From an uncultured delta proteobacterium (GTDB lineage: Bacteria > Myxococcota_A > Polyangia > Polyangiales > JAFGIB01), in contig CAVZVA010000011.1 in the NCBI GenBank assembly GCA_963778655.1, positions 352,001 through 416,000 of the forward strand: a stretch of DNA of 64,000 nt, written 5' to 3'. This document shows, in pieces, positions 18,366 through 31,400 of the stretch (its first letter is position 1; the number at the start of each line of letters is the position of its first letter). Both the position numbers and the translations under genes were made by a program. The notes under the pieces were generated by a model. The model made no database searches, was not told the origin of the DNA, and saw only the letters and a program-made list of their open reading frames with translations.

Positions 18366-19493
18366 ATGTGGCGACGACGATGGGCCATGCTCGCCGCTCC
18401 GCTGTTGCTCGCGAGTCCCGCGAGGGGGCAGCCGAACGGCTCGCTGCAGGAGGTGCTGAGCGTGCACCCCGGCGGCGACGGCTGCCTGAGCGAGGCTGCG
18501 CTGCGCGGGCGCGTCCAGCGCTGGCTCGCGCCGGGCTCCACGCTCGAGCGCGGGGTCACCGTGGTGGTGGACGCCGCGGCGAACCCACCCTCGTTCGTGG
18601 TCGAGCGCGGCGGCGCGGTGGTCGCACAGCGCAGCTTCGCGGTGGTGCCGAGCGCGTGTGCGGATCGGCTGGATGCGCTGGCGCTGGCGCTGGCGCTGGC
18701 GCTGGAGCGCGAGGCGGGGGCGACGCTCAATCCGGACGCGACCGCGGCCCCGGCCGGCGCGCCCAAAGGCGGCGCGGGCGCCGATGCCGGTGCGCCGGAC
18801 GCCCTTGCGCCCGCGGGCCCGAGCGCCTCGGACGGCGTGCAGCCCGCGCCGCAGGCGCAGCAGCCCGCGGCTGCCGCCACCGCGCCCGCAAAGCCCAAGC
18901 CGCCGCCAGCCCCGAAACCGGCAGCCGCCCGGACCCGAGCGGCGCCGGCACCCCACGCGGCGGCCGCTGCGGCGCCTGCGCGCGTCTACCGCTGGCGCCT
19001 GCAGGCCGGGGCCGGATACTGGCTCGAGACGCTGCCCGCTGCCGCGGTCGTCGGCAGCCTGGGGGTCGAGCGGCAGCTCGGCGCGCGCGCCAGCGTGGCG
19101 CTTTCCGCCCTGGGCACGCCGCCCACAACCAGCTCGCGCGGTGGCGTGGCCGCGCAGAGCGCGCTGCTCGGCGGGCGCGCCCTGGCTTGCCTGGGCTTCA
19201 CGCTGGGCGAGCTCGAGCTGGGCGGCTGCGCCGGTGCCGCCGGCGGCGTGGTGCTCGCCGCCGGACGTGCCGACAGTGGCAACCGCAACAGCGGCGCCGG
19301 CTGGCTCGCGGGCGTGGCGCGCGCAGCGCTGCGCTTTCCCGCCCATGGCCGGCTCTCGCTGCGGCTGGCGGCCGATGGCCTGGCCAACGCCCTACGGCCG
19401 CGCCTGGTTGTCACCGGCGTCGACCCCCATACCGCGACCGTGCGCCCGCTCGGCGGCGGGGGCTCGCTCGAGCTGTTGTTCGCGCTACCATGA
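18366..19493 (+). CDS. Exported Pro/Ala-rich protein with probable C-terminal beta-strand domain
   Basis: Signal peptide, two Cys in the N-terminal domain, PA-rich linker and amphipathic C-terminal strands. ATGA-coupled to the sigma factor gene. Confidence 0.65.
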   Translation: MWRRRWAMLAAPLLLASPARGQPNGSLQEVLSVHPGGDGCLSEAALRGRVQRWLAPGSTLERGVTVVVDAAANPPSFVVERGGAVVAQRSFAVVPSACADRLDALALALALALEREAGATLNPDATAAPAGAPKGGAGADAGAPDALAPAGPSASDGVQPAPQAQQPAAAATAPAKPKPPPAPKPAAARTRAAPAPHAAAAAAPARVYRWRLQAGAGYWLETLPAAAVVGSLGVERQLGARASVALSALGTPPTTSSRGGVAAQSALLGGRALACLGFTLGELELGGCAGAAGGVVLAAGRADSGNRNSGAGWLAGVARAALRFPAHGRLSLRLAADGLANALRPRLVVTGVDPHTATVRPLGGGGSLELLFALP

Positions 19494-20098
19494 AGGATTG
19501 CCGGGTGACGGGGCATCAAGTGAGTAGCGACGGGCGCGAGCAAGGGCGGGAAGGTCGCCTGGACGCCGAGGCGCTGTTTCGGGCGCACGCGCCGTTCGTG
19601 GCGGCTTTCTTGCATCGCTTGGGGACGGCCGCAGCCGACGTGGACGATTTGGTGCAGGAGGTTTTCTTGGTCGCGCATCGCAAGGGAGGCTACGTGCCGG
19701 GCGCGGGCCAGCCGCGCACCTGGCTGGCGGCCATCGCCTTGCACGTCGCGCGCTCGGGACGCCGCGCGCGTAGCCGCCGCCGCGACGTCATGGACGAGAC
19801 CGCGCTGCAGGCAGCGGCGTCGGTCGCGCCGGATCCGGCCGAGGCGCTCGAGTTGCGCAAGTCGCTGCAGCGGGTGCAGCGGGCGCTGCAGGCGCTCGAC
19901 CTCGGGCACCGCGCGGCGTTCGTGCTGTACGAGATCGAAGGCGAGCCGTGCGAGAGCATTGCGGCCTCGTTCGGCGTGCCTATCGGCACCATCTACTCGC
20001 GCCTGCACCACGCGCGGCGGCGCTTTCAAGAGGCGTACGCGGTGGCGGCGCAAGACGACCCGGGCGCGCTGCGGCCGCGGCTGGCGGAGGGCGCATGA
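19490..20098 (+). CDS. ECF sigma factor
   Basis: LFRAHAPFV, DVDDLVQEVFL, RTWLAAIA and a region 4 (HRAAFVLYEIEG...IAASFGVPIGTIYSRLHHARRRF). Confidence 0.93.
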   Translation: MKDCRVTGHQVSSDGREQGREGRLDAEALFRAHAPFVAAFLHRLGTAAADVDDLVQEVFLVAHRKGGYVPGAGQPRTWLAAIALHVARSGRRARSRRRDVMDETALQAAASVAPDPAEALELRKSLQRVQRALQALDLGHRAAFVLYEIEGEPCESIAASFGVPIGTIYSRLHHARRRFQEAYAVAAQDDPGALRPRLAEGA

Positions 20099-20913
20099 AG
20101 CCGCCGCCCCGACTGCTCGACAATCCCACGGCCACGCCGGAGCTGCGCGAGGACCTCGAGCGCGCAGCGGCCGCACACGCGGACTACGACAGCGCGGCGG
20201 GGCTTTCGGCGCTGCAGCTGGCGATCGCGAGCTCGGCCGCAGCGCCGACACACGCGCCCGCCAGCGCCGGCACGGGGGCGGCGCACGCGGGCGCGGCCCA
20301 GGCCGGCGCGGCCTCCGGGGCGCTGGCGTCCTCGGGCGCGAAGCTGCTGTTGGCCGCGTTGGGCACGGCCGCAGCGGTGGGCGTTGGCGTCGCGAGCTGG
20401 CCCGCCGCGCGCGGGCCCGCGCCCGCCCCGGCGCGATCCCCGGTGCAGGTAGCCCAGGCGCCATCGGCGGCGGCGGTAACCCCGGCACGCGCGCAAGCGC
20501 CCGCACCCCCTGTCGAGCCGAGCACGCCGGCGCCCGAGCGGGCGGCGCTGCCACTGCCGCGGCAGACGCCCCAGAGCGCGCCCCAGCAAGCGCGGCGCGC
20601 GCACGCGCACGCGGCGCACGCGCGGGCCGGCGGCGGCGACGATGCGCTGCACCGCGAGATCGCCCAGCTCGGCCGGATCAAGGCCTTTGTCGACAGCGAC
20701 CCGGCCGCTGCGTACCGGCTGGCCGAAGCCGGCGACCGCGAGTTCCGGCGCGGCATGCTGCGCGAGGAGCGCGAGGCGCTGGCGGTGCTGGCGCTGCTCA
20801 AGCTGGGACGGCGCGCACAGGCAGAGCGGCGCGCGCAGGCGTTCTTCGCGCGCTATCCGCGCAGCGCGCTGCGCGAGCGCTTGCAGGCCGCGCTGCCCTC
20901 GCCGGCCGAGTGA
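20095..20913 (+). CDS. Putative anti-sigma factor (single TM, Pro-rich linker, TPR-like C-terminus)
   Basis: ATGA overlap with the sigma gene. One TM. C-terminal LREEREALAVLALLKLGRRAQAERRAQAFFARYPRS. Confidence 0.75.
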   Translation: MKPPPRLLDNPTATPELREDLERAAAAHADYDSAAGLSALQLAIASSAAAPTHAPASAGTGAAHAGAAQAGAASGALASSGAKLLLAALGTAAAVGVGVASWPAARGPAPAPARSPVQVAQAPSAAAVTPARAQAPAPPVEPSTPAPERAALPLPRQTPQSAPQQARRAHAHAAHARAGGGDDALHREIAQLGRIKAFVDSDPAAAYRLAEAGDREFRRGMLREEREALAVLALLKLGRRAQAERRAQAFFARYPRSALRERLQAALPSPAE

Positions 20914-20918
20914 AGCCA

Positions 20919-21317
20919 ATGCGCCGTGCCGGTCCCGCGCTCGTGCTCGCTCTGCTCGCGCTCGGCCCCGCGCTGGCGTGCAGCAGCACCGCCGTCGTGA
21001 GCAACGGCCCCGACTGCACGCCGGCCTGCGCGAGCAGCCAGCTGTGCCATCCCAGCCTGCTGATCTGCGTGGCCTGCATCACCGACGCGCAGTGCAACGG
21101 CAGCAAGCCGCTCTGCGACGCCCACAGCCACGCCTGCGTGCAGTGCCTCGACGACTCCCGCTGCCCGGACGCCACGCCGATGTGCGTGCGGGGAAGCTGC
21201 CAGCAATGCGCACAAGACGCCGATTGCGGCTCCGGTCAGGTCTGCGCGAGCGGCGCCTGCCGGGTACCGCAGAGCGACGACGCCCACAGCGGCGAGGCCG
21301 GCGCCAGCGACAGCTGA
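20919..21317 (+). CDS. Small Cys-rich lipoprotein
   Basis: Lipobox ALAC followed by three CxxCxxDxxC repeats. Confidence 0.8.
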   Translation: MRRAGPALVLALLALGPALACSSTAVVSNGPDCTPACASSQLCHPSLLICVACITDAQCNGSKPLCDAHSHACVQCLDDSRCPDATPMCVRGSCQQCAQDADCGSGQVCASGACRVPQSDDAHSGEAGASDS

Positions 21318-21392
21318 ACGGGCCGGGCAGCGGCCCCGGGACGCTCGAGTCGCGGCAGCAGAAGAGCGCCTGCGCCTGTATGCTTCGGGCGC

Positions 21393-22835
21393 ATGTGGTC
21401 ACTGCACGACAGCCCGTGGGCGGTGCTGACGACGCTGGCGTTGATCGCGGTGTCGGTGGCGGCGTCGGCGCACGCCATTCTGTACAAGCGCGAGGTCCAC
21501 GCCTCGACCTCGTGGGCCGCGTTGATCTGGCTGGCGCCCGGCGTGGGTGCGCTCGCCTATCTGCTGCTCGGGCGCAACCGCATCAAGCGCCGCGCCGCGG
21601 CACTGCGCGAGGGCGCCACGCGCCCGCGCCCGCGCGGCGACGAGCGGCCGCAGCCGCCGCCCGAGGTCGATGCCGTGCTCGAGCCGCACGCGCCGCAGCT
21701 GCGGGAGCTGGTGCGGCTGCTCGACGAGGCCACCGGCCGGCCGCTGCTGCCCGGCAACCGTGTCGAGCCGCTGGTCGACGGGGACGAGGCCTATCCGCCG
21801 ATGCTGGCGGCGATCGGCGAGGCCCGGCGCACGCTGGCGCTGGCGACCTATATCTTCGACACCTCGCCCGTGGGTATGCGCTTCGTCGAGGCGCTGGCCG
21901 CAGCCCAGGGGCGCGGGGTGCAGGTGCGCGTGCTGATCGACGACGTGGGGGTGCACTACTCGTGGCCGGTGGTCGACCACACCCTGCGCAAGCGCGGGGT
22001 CAAGGTGGCCCGCTTCATGCCCGCCTCGCGCGCCGCGTACTTCAACCTGCGCAGCCACCGCAAGCTGCTGGTGGTGGACGGCGCCACCGCGTTCACCGGC
22101 GGCATGAACATCCGCGCCGGGCACGTGCTGGGCGACCGCCCGCGCAGCCCGGTTCAAGATCTGCACTTTCGTCTCGAGGGCCCGGTGGTCGGCCAGCTGA
22201 TGCAGGTGTTCGCCGACGACTGGCGTTTTACCACGCGCGAGAGGCTGAGCGGCGCGGATTGGTTTCCGCCGCTCGCGGCCCGCGGGTCGAGCTTGGCGCG
22301 CGGTATCCCGGACGGACCCGACGAGGACCTCGACATGGTGCGCTGGGCCTTCCTCGGCGGGCTCGCCTGCGCGCGCCGCTCGGTGCGCGTGCTGACGCCC
22401 TACTTCCTGCCCGATACCGCCGTCGCCAACGTGTTCAACCTCGCGGCCATGCGCGGGGTGCAGGTGGACATCGCGGTGCCGCAGCGCGGCAACCTGCCGG
22501 TGGTGCAGTGGGCGATGTGGGGGGACTTTCGCAAGGTGCTGGGCCATGGCTGCCGGCTGTGGCTGACGCCGCCGCCGTTCGACCACTCCAAGCTGATGGT
22601 GGTCGACGACAGCTGGGTGCTGTTCGGCTCGCCCAACTGGGATCCGCGCAGCATGCGGCTCAACTTCGAGCTGGCGGTGGAGTGCTACGACGCGGAGCTG
22701 GCGGCGCGCATGGGCGGGCTGTTCGACGCACGGGTCGCGCGCTCGACCCTGGTCACGCTGGACGATCTCGAGCGCCTGTCGTTGCCGCGGCGTCTGCGGG
22801 ACGGAATCGCGCGCCTGTTCACGCCGTATCTGTGA
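21393..22835 (+). CDS. cls: Cardiolipin synthase (PLD superfamily)
   Basis: Two N-terminal TMs and two HKD motifs (HRKLLVVD...GGMN, HSKLMVVD...GSPN). Confidence 0.92.
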   Translation: MWSLHDSPWAVLTTLALIAVSVAASAHAILYKREVHASTSWAALIWLAPGVGALAYLLLGRNRIKRRAAALREGATRPRPRGDERPQPPPEVDAVLEPHAPQLRELVRLLDEATGRPLLPGNRVEPLVDGDEAYPPMLAAIGEARRTLALATYIFDTSPVGMRFVEALAAAQGRGVQVRVLIDDVGVHYSWPVVDHTLRKRGVKVARFMPASRAAYFNLRSHRKLLVVDGATAFTGGMNIRAGHVLGDRPRSPVQDLHFRLEGPVVGQLMQVFADDWRFTTRERLSGADWFPPLAARGSSLARGIPDGPDEDLDMVRWAFLGGLACARRSVRVLTPYFLPDTAVANVFNLAAMRGVQVDIAVPQRGNLPVVQWAMWGDFRKVLGHGCRLWLTPPPFDHSKLMVVDDSWVLFGSPNWDPRSMRLNFELAVECYDAELAARMGGLFDARVARSTLVTLDDLERLSLPRRLRDGIARLFTPYL

Positions 22836-22907
22836 ACGCGCACCCTTGCGCTTCGTGCCGATTTGAGCTCAGCTCAAACCCGCAAAACCCGCGCAGGAGG
22901 AACCGAC

Positions 22908-23816
22908 ATGGGCGTGCTCTCGGGCAAAGTGGCGATCGTGACCGGCGCAGGACGCGGCATCGGCCGTGAGATCGCGTTGATGTTCGCGCAGCAGGGCGCG
23001 AAGGTGGTGGTCAACGACCTCGGAGTCAACACCGACGGCACCGGCAGCTCCAAGGTCGCCGACGAGGTGGTGGCGGAGATCAAACGAGCCGGCGGCGAGG
23101 CGGTGGGCAATTACGACTCGGTGGCGACGGTCGAGGGCGGCCGGGCGATCTTTCAGAGCGCGATAGACGCCTTCGGGGCGCTCGACATCCTGGTCAACAA
23201 CGCCGGCATCCTGCGCGACAAGACGCTCTACAACATGGAGGAGCAGGACTGGGACGCGGTGATCGCGGTCCACCTCAAGGGCCACTACTGCTGCACGCGA
23301 CCTTTCGCCCGCTACCTCAAGGACACCCAGCGCATGGACGGGCGCATCGTCAACTTCTCCTCGGTCTCGGGCCTGTTCGGGAACTTCGGCCAGGCCAATT
23401 ACGGCGCGGCCAAGTCCGGCATCGCAGGCTTCAGCCGCGTGCTGGCCAAGGAGCTAGCGAAGTACCGCTGCACGGTCAACACCATCTCGCCGGGCGCGGC
23501 CACGCGTATGACCATCCCGCTGGCCGAGGCGCGCGGGCAGACGGTCGATGCCAGCGACTTCAAGCGCGGGCCGCAACAGATCGCACCGGTCGTCACCTGG
23601 CTGTGCTCAGAAGCGGCCAAGGACCTCAACGCGCAGATCATCCATGTCTCGCGCGGCATGGTGGGGATCATGCAGCAGCCCGCGGTGATCCGCGCCTTCA
23701 AGTCGGAGACGCTGTGGAGCCTCGACCAGCTCGATGCGCTGATGCCCAAGTTGCTCGAAGCCAAGCGCGAAAACGAGGCCCGCGCCCAGCAACAAGCCGC
23801 GCCCGAGCAAGCGTAG
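22908..23816 (+). CDS. Short-chain dehydrogenase/reductase (hydroxyacyl-CoA dehydrogenase-like)
   Basis: TGAGRGIG, VVVNDLG, NNAGILRD and NFGQANYGAAK; AGGAGG SD. Confidence 0.93.
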   Translation: MGVLSGKVAIVTGAGRGIGREIALMFAQQGAKVVVNDLGVNTDGTGSSKVADEVVAEIKRAGGEAVGNYDSVATVEGGRAIFQSAIDAFGALDILVNNAGILRDKTLYNMEEQDWDAVIAVHLKGHYCCTRPFARYLKDTQRMDGRIVNFSSVSGLFGNFGQANYGAAKSGIAGFSRVLAKELAKYRCTVNTISPGAATRMTIPLAEARGQTVDASDFKRGPQQIAPVVTWLCSEAAKDLNAQIIHVSRGMVGIMQQPAVIRAFKSETLWSLDQLDALMPKLLEAKRENEARAQQQAAPEQA

Positions 23817-23885
23817 GGTTCGCCGGCCGGTCCCTTCGGGCTTTGCTCGATGGGGAGGGGCCGCGGAGCGGCGTGCCGCCCCGAG

Positions 23886-26414
<2,529 letters not shown>

Positions 26415-26614
26415 AGCTTGCTTTCCGAGGCCGCTCCACGCAGTCCCGGGGAAGAGCCTTACCGATGTGATATTTCAGGCGTTTTTCCCCTCCGTGACAG
26501 GCGCGTACCCGATTCGCAAGTGGGTCCGGGCGCGGCCTGCGCCAATGTCCACAGTTGGGGAGGCCTGAAAGGAAGCCGGTCCGCGCTATTGTAGCGTCGA
26601 AAACGAGGGAGAGC

Positions 26615-28210
26615 ATGGATAGCAGACCCAGCCCACCGGCGGATGACGAAGAGCTCAAGCGGGCGGCGGCCAGCGGCATGCAGCTGGCGGTATGGGCGCG
26701 GCGCACACCCACCGCGACCGCCCTGCGGACCGAGGCGACCTGTCGCACCTTCGGGGCGCTCAACGAGCGCGCGAACCGACTGGCGCGGGCGCTTTCGGTG
26801 CGCGGGCTCGCGCCCGGCGATTCGCTGGCGCTGCTGTGCGGCAACCGCCCCGAGTTCGCGGAAACACACTTCGCCTGCATGCGCAGCGGGCTGCGCTACA
26901 CGCCGGTCAACTGGCACCTGAGCCCGGAGGAGGCGGCCTACATCGTCAAGGACTGCGGGGCCAAGGCGCTGATCGCCGATGCGGCCTTCGCGGAGAACGC
27001 CCGCGCGCTGGCCGCGCTCGCGCCAGAGCTCACGGTGCGGCTCTCGATCGGCGGCGAGATCGATGGCTTCACGCCGTTCGAGCAGGCCCTGGCCGAGCAG
27101 TCGGGCGGCGATCTCGAACGGCCCGAGCTCGGCTGGCGCATGCTCTACACCTCGGGTACCACCGGACGGCCCAAGGGCGTGGCGCGGCCCAAGATGTACA
27201 GCGTCACGCGCAGCGCGTCGCTGCAGGCGGCGGCCTACGCGCCGGGCAGCGGCCAGCTCCACCTGTGCACGGGGCCGCTGTATCATGCGGCGCCGCTTGC
27301 GTTCTCGATGATCGCGCCGCTGCACGAAGGCGTGGGGGTGGTGTTGATGGAGCGCTGGGACGCGGAGCACGCGCTGCAGCTGATCGAGCGCCATCGCATC
27401 ACGCACACGCACATGGTGCCGACCATGTTCCATCGCCTGCTGCGCCTGCCCGACGAGGTCAAGCGCCGTTATGACCTCTCCTCGCTGCGCTACGTGATCC
27501 ACGGCGCGGCGCCCTGCCCGCTGCCGATCAAGCAGGCCCTGATCGAGTGGCTGGGACCGATCGTGTGGGAGTACTACGCGGCGACCGAAGGCGCGGGCAC
27601 CTCGGTCGGCCCCCAAGAATGGCTGAGCAAGCCCGGCACCGTCGGCAAGCCACCGACGCCCGACCACCTGCGGGTCCTCGACGAGCAGGGCAACCCCTGC
27701 CCGACCGGGGAGGCCGGCACCGTGTACCTGAAGATTCTGCGCGGCCTGGAGTTCGAGTACCACGGCGATCCGGAAAAGACCCGGCGCGCACGGCGCGGCG
27801 ACTATTTCACGCTCGGCGACGTCGGCTACCTGGACGACGACGGGTATCTCTATCTGACCGACCGCAGCGCGAACCTGATCATCAGCGGCGGGGTCAACAT
27901 CTACCCGGCCGAGATCGAAGCGGTGTTGTTGCAGCACCCCGCGGTGCAGGACGCCGCCGTGATCGGCGTGCCGAACGAAGAGTGGGGCGAAGAGGTCAAG
28001 GCCGTGGTCGAGCTCGGCGCGGGCCGGCGCGGCGACGCGGCGCTCGCCTCCGAGCTGATCGCGTTCTGCAGGGAGCGGATCGCCCACTACAAGTGCCCGC
28101 GCACGCTCGACTTCGTGACTGCGCTGCCGCGCCACGACAACGGCAAGCTCTACAAGCACAAGCTGCGCGAGCAGTACCGCAACGACGCTGGCGCGAGCCG
28201 CAGCCCCTGA
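26615..28210 (+). CDS. Acyl-CoA synthetase / AMP-binding enzyme
   Basis: [37 protein letters not shown] and NGKLYK. Confidence 0.95.
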   Translation: MDSRPSPPADDEELKRAAASGMQLAVWARRTPTATALRTEATCRTFGALNERANRLARALSVRGLAPGDSLALLCGNRPEFAETHFACMRSGLRYTPVNWHLSPEEAAYIVKDCGAKALIADAAFAENARALAALAPELTVRLSIGGEIDGFTPFEQALAEQSGGDLERPELGWRMLYTSGTTGRPKGVARPKMYSVTRSASLQAAAYAPGSGQLHLCTGPLYHAAPLAFSMIAPLHEGVGVVLMERWDAEHALQLIERHRITHTHMVPTMFHRLLRLPDEVKRRYDLSSLRYVIHGAAPCPLPIKQALIEWLGPIVWEYYAATEGAGTSVGPQEWLSKPGTVGKPPTPDHLRVLDEQGNPCPTGEAGTVYLKILRGLEFEYHGDPEKTRRARRGDYFTLGDVGYLDDDGYLYLTDRSANLIISGGVNIYPAEIEAVLLQHPAVQDAAVIGVPNEEWGEEVKAVVELGAGRRGDAALASELIAFCRERIAHYKCPRTLDFVTALPRHDNGKLYKHKLREQYRNDAGASRSP

Positions 28211-28439
28211 GCCCGGGCGCCTCACCGCATCTGGCGGTGAACGGATTGCCCGCTTGATCCGCCGCGATGAACCCGGGTTGGGCCCAGTTGCCCATCATCA
28301 TCAACGTGCGGATCTGCCCGCCGGCGTCATCGAGCTGGTTCAATACCTGGCGCGGCATTGCCGACACCGGCTGCAGCGGTGCGTCGTCGCCAGCGAAGCT
28401 GCGTACTGGAGTGTGGTGCTGGTGCTGCTGTAGCTTCGC

Positions 28440-31400
28440 TCAGTCGCGTCGCCAGCGCCCGGGCAAGAGCATTTGCGCCCACCGAGCTGGAGCAACGATC
28501 TCCTCGGCGGCCATCGCCGCATCCGCCTCGGCAATCAAGGCTTCCCCCTGCTCGCCACCGAGCAACGCCCCGAGTCGACGCAGAGCCGCCGCACCGTGCA
28601 TCGTCATATTCGCGCGCTTCGCCGTTTCGACCGACGCGCGCAGCGATGCGACCGCAGCGCACTCATCGCCGCGGGCATTCGCGATGGAAGCGTCGAGCAT
28701 CTCCGACAGCAACGTGGTCCAACCCATCCGCTCGCGTCCGAGTCGACGGGCCAACCGCGTCGCCTCGGAGAGCCGCGCCCCGCGGTGTGCGGGGCTCGCA
28801 TCGACGGAGGCGACCGCCGCGCGACCGCGGACGAAATCTGTCAGCCCGCGGATGATCTGCGCCTGGAGCAGAAGACTCTTGCGAAGAGGAGACGTATCGC
28901 GGGCGACGCGTTCGTAGGCGCTCGCTCCATCCCCCACGTACAGCTCGATCTGCGCCTCGGCCAGCATGGCTTGCCAGTGCTGGATGACGAACCGCAACCG
29001 CGGCCACCGCGCCATTCCCTCGCGAGCGTGCCGGCGCGCGTCGTCGGGGTCGTCGGCGGCGAGCCACGCGACGATGGGATGGCTCGCGCGCATGTGCGCG
29101 AGCATGAAGAGATCACCGCGATCCTCGGCTTCCGCGATGAGTCGAGGCAGCCTACTTCTGAGCTCATGAATCCGTCCTGCGTACACCATCGAGCACACGC
29201 AAAAGACGTTTACGTTCGACGTCATGCCCGCGCGATGGGCCGGAAAATCCTGCAGCACGGAGTCGAGCTCCCTGACCGCCGCGTTCCATCGGCCGCGGCA
29301 ATAGTGGCTGATCCCGATGTTCGACCGGAAGAATGCCTGCGCCTCCGGGTTGGAAGTCGTTTCGACGAGCTGCCTGGCCGTTTGCTCGAGCGCGAGCTCT
29401 TGGTTTCCTTCGATGCCCCCGCCCGCGGATACGAGTGACATCTGTAGGGTTGCCGCGCGCTGGATCGCCACCCGCTCGCCGGCGCGCAGCGCCGCGACGA
29501 GGTACCGGGACGTCATGCACGCCGAGAGGACCACGTCGATCGAGCCGAACCCGAGCGCGGCCGTGAAGAGCGCGTCGAGGCGAAGTTGGTCCCGTTGGCG
29601 GAGCTCGTCGACGGCGCGACCGCGAAACCCGAGGCCCCGCACGCGGAGCCATAGCCGATAGAGCAGGAGCCACACAACGGCGCTCACTGCGTTGCCGGGC
29701 GCCTTCAGGCTGACGTCCGAGAGGACGCGATGCAGGACTGCGGCGCCCTCGTCGATGCGCCCGCAGGTGAGCAGCTGCTCGGCGGCCGCGCGTTCGAGCG
29801 CCGTGCGCTCGCCGGCCGGCGCGACTCGTGCGACCTCCTCGTAGACGCGCGCAGCCTCGGTGCCGCGCCCCGCCCACTCGAGAACCTGCGCGAGCCGAAG
29901 CCGGAGACGCCGGCCGTCCTCGGACGACGCCGAAACCGTCGCCGTGGCCATCCGGAACAGCTGTGCGGCGCGATCGAAGGCGAGCTTGGCCGTGGCCTGT
30001 TCGGCAGCCGCCTCCGCGAACTTCGCCCCGAGCTCGCCCTCCCCCGCGCCGAACAGGTGGACGGCGATCATCTCGGCGTTGGCGTCCGCGGTTGACTCGA
30101 GCACTCGTGCGAGGCGGCCATGGTGCTCGCGAGTGACCTCGGCCGAAAGCTGTGCCGCCACCGTCTCGCGAATGCGATCGTGGGACATCTCGACGACTTC
30201 GCGGCCGTCGCGCAGCCCGCCCCGGACGAAGCGATGCGCACGCAACAGCCCGATGAGCTCGTCGGCCCGTTCGTCGACCTGGGCCGCCGACGCAGCAATG
30301 GAGACCGGAACGGGTCTGCCTTCAATCGCGATCACCTCCAGAAGGCGTCGCGCATCCTCCGGCAGTTGCCGAGAGCGCTCGCTCACCATCTGCTCGAGCG
30401 TGACGGACGACAGATCCACGGGCCCTGCCGGTGCGTCGGCGTGTGTTGCGCTGGAGAGACTGCACGCGAGCTCCTCGATGAGAAATGGGCTACCGCCGGA
30501 CTCGCGAGCGACGGACCGCGCGACGAGCCGCGACCGCTCTGCCGCTCCGAGGAGCGCGAAGGCCAGCCGCTCGGCGTCGTCCGGCCAAAGGGGGCCGACG
30601 TCCAGCTCCCGCACCGCGACCTGCTTCGGCATGCGCGCTCGCATCGCGCGGAGGAAGTCGCTGTTCGCCGCTTCGTTGTCCCTGTAGCTCACGATGAGCA
30701 ACACTCGGAGCGGCGGACGAAGCAGCTCGAGCAGCAGCGCGGCGCTGTCGGCATCGCCCCATTGTGCGTCGTCGATGTAGAGGATGAGTCGCCGGCGCGC
30801 TGCCGCCGACACGGTGAGCTCGCGAAGCGCGACGAACGCGCGCCGTCGGACGCGCATCGGCTCGAGCACGACTTCCTTGGACGTGGCGGGGATGCCGGGC
30901 ACGCGCCCGAGGACAGGAAAGACCTTGGCGACGACTCCGATGTCATCCGGCAGCCGAACGGGGTCGCCCTCCCTCGCGCTGCGAACCAGGTGCAAGCTCA
31001 AGGCGTCGACGATTGCATCCACCGCCTTGAACGGAACGGATTCGCGCTCGTAGGCCCGGCCACGGAGCACGAGGGCCTCGCTCCGCAGCACCTGTTCGTC
31101 CAGGAACTGACGAATCAGGGCCGATTTCCCCATGCCGGAAAGCCCCGCAGCAAACACTGCGACCTGGCCGTCGGCGTCCGTCGCGTCGAGAGCCGCACCG
31201 AGAGCCTGCAAATGCGTTTCGCGGCCGACCAGCGCCGGCCCCGTGTGCATGCGCGCACGCGTGACCTCGTTCAGGCCGTCCGGCGAGCCGCCGAGCCGCC
31301 GCAGAATCTCGGTCCCAGTCGGACGCCTCTCCGGGGCCCGAGAGAGCAGCGCCAGGCAGAGAGACTCGAGGTCCGCCGGAACGCCACACCCTCGCTGACT

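Noticed and set aside
18675..18705. (GCGCTG)n microsatellite
   Set aside because: An in-frame hexamer encoding an Ala-Leu run, so length changes would not shift the frame.
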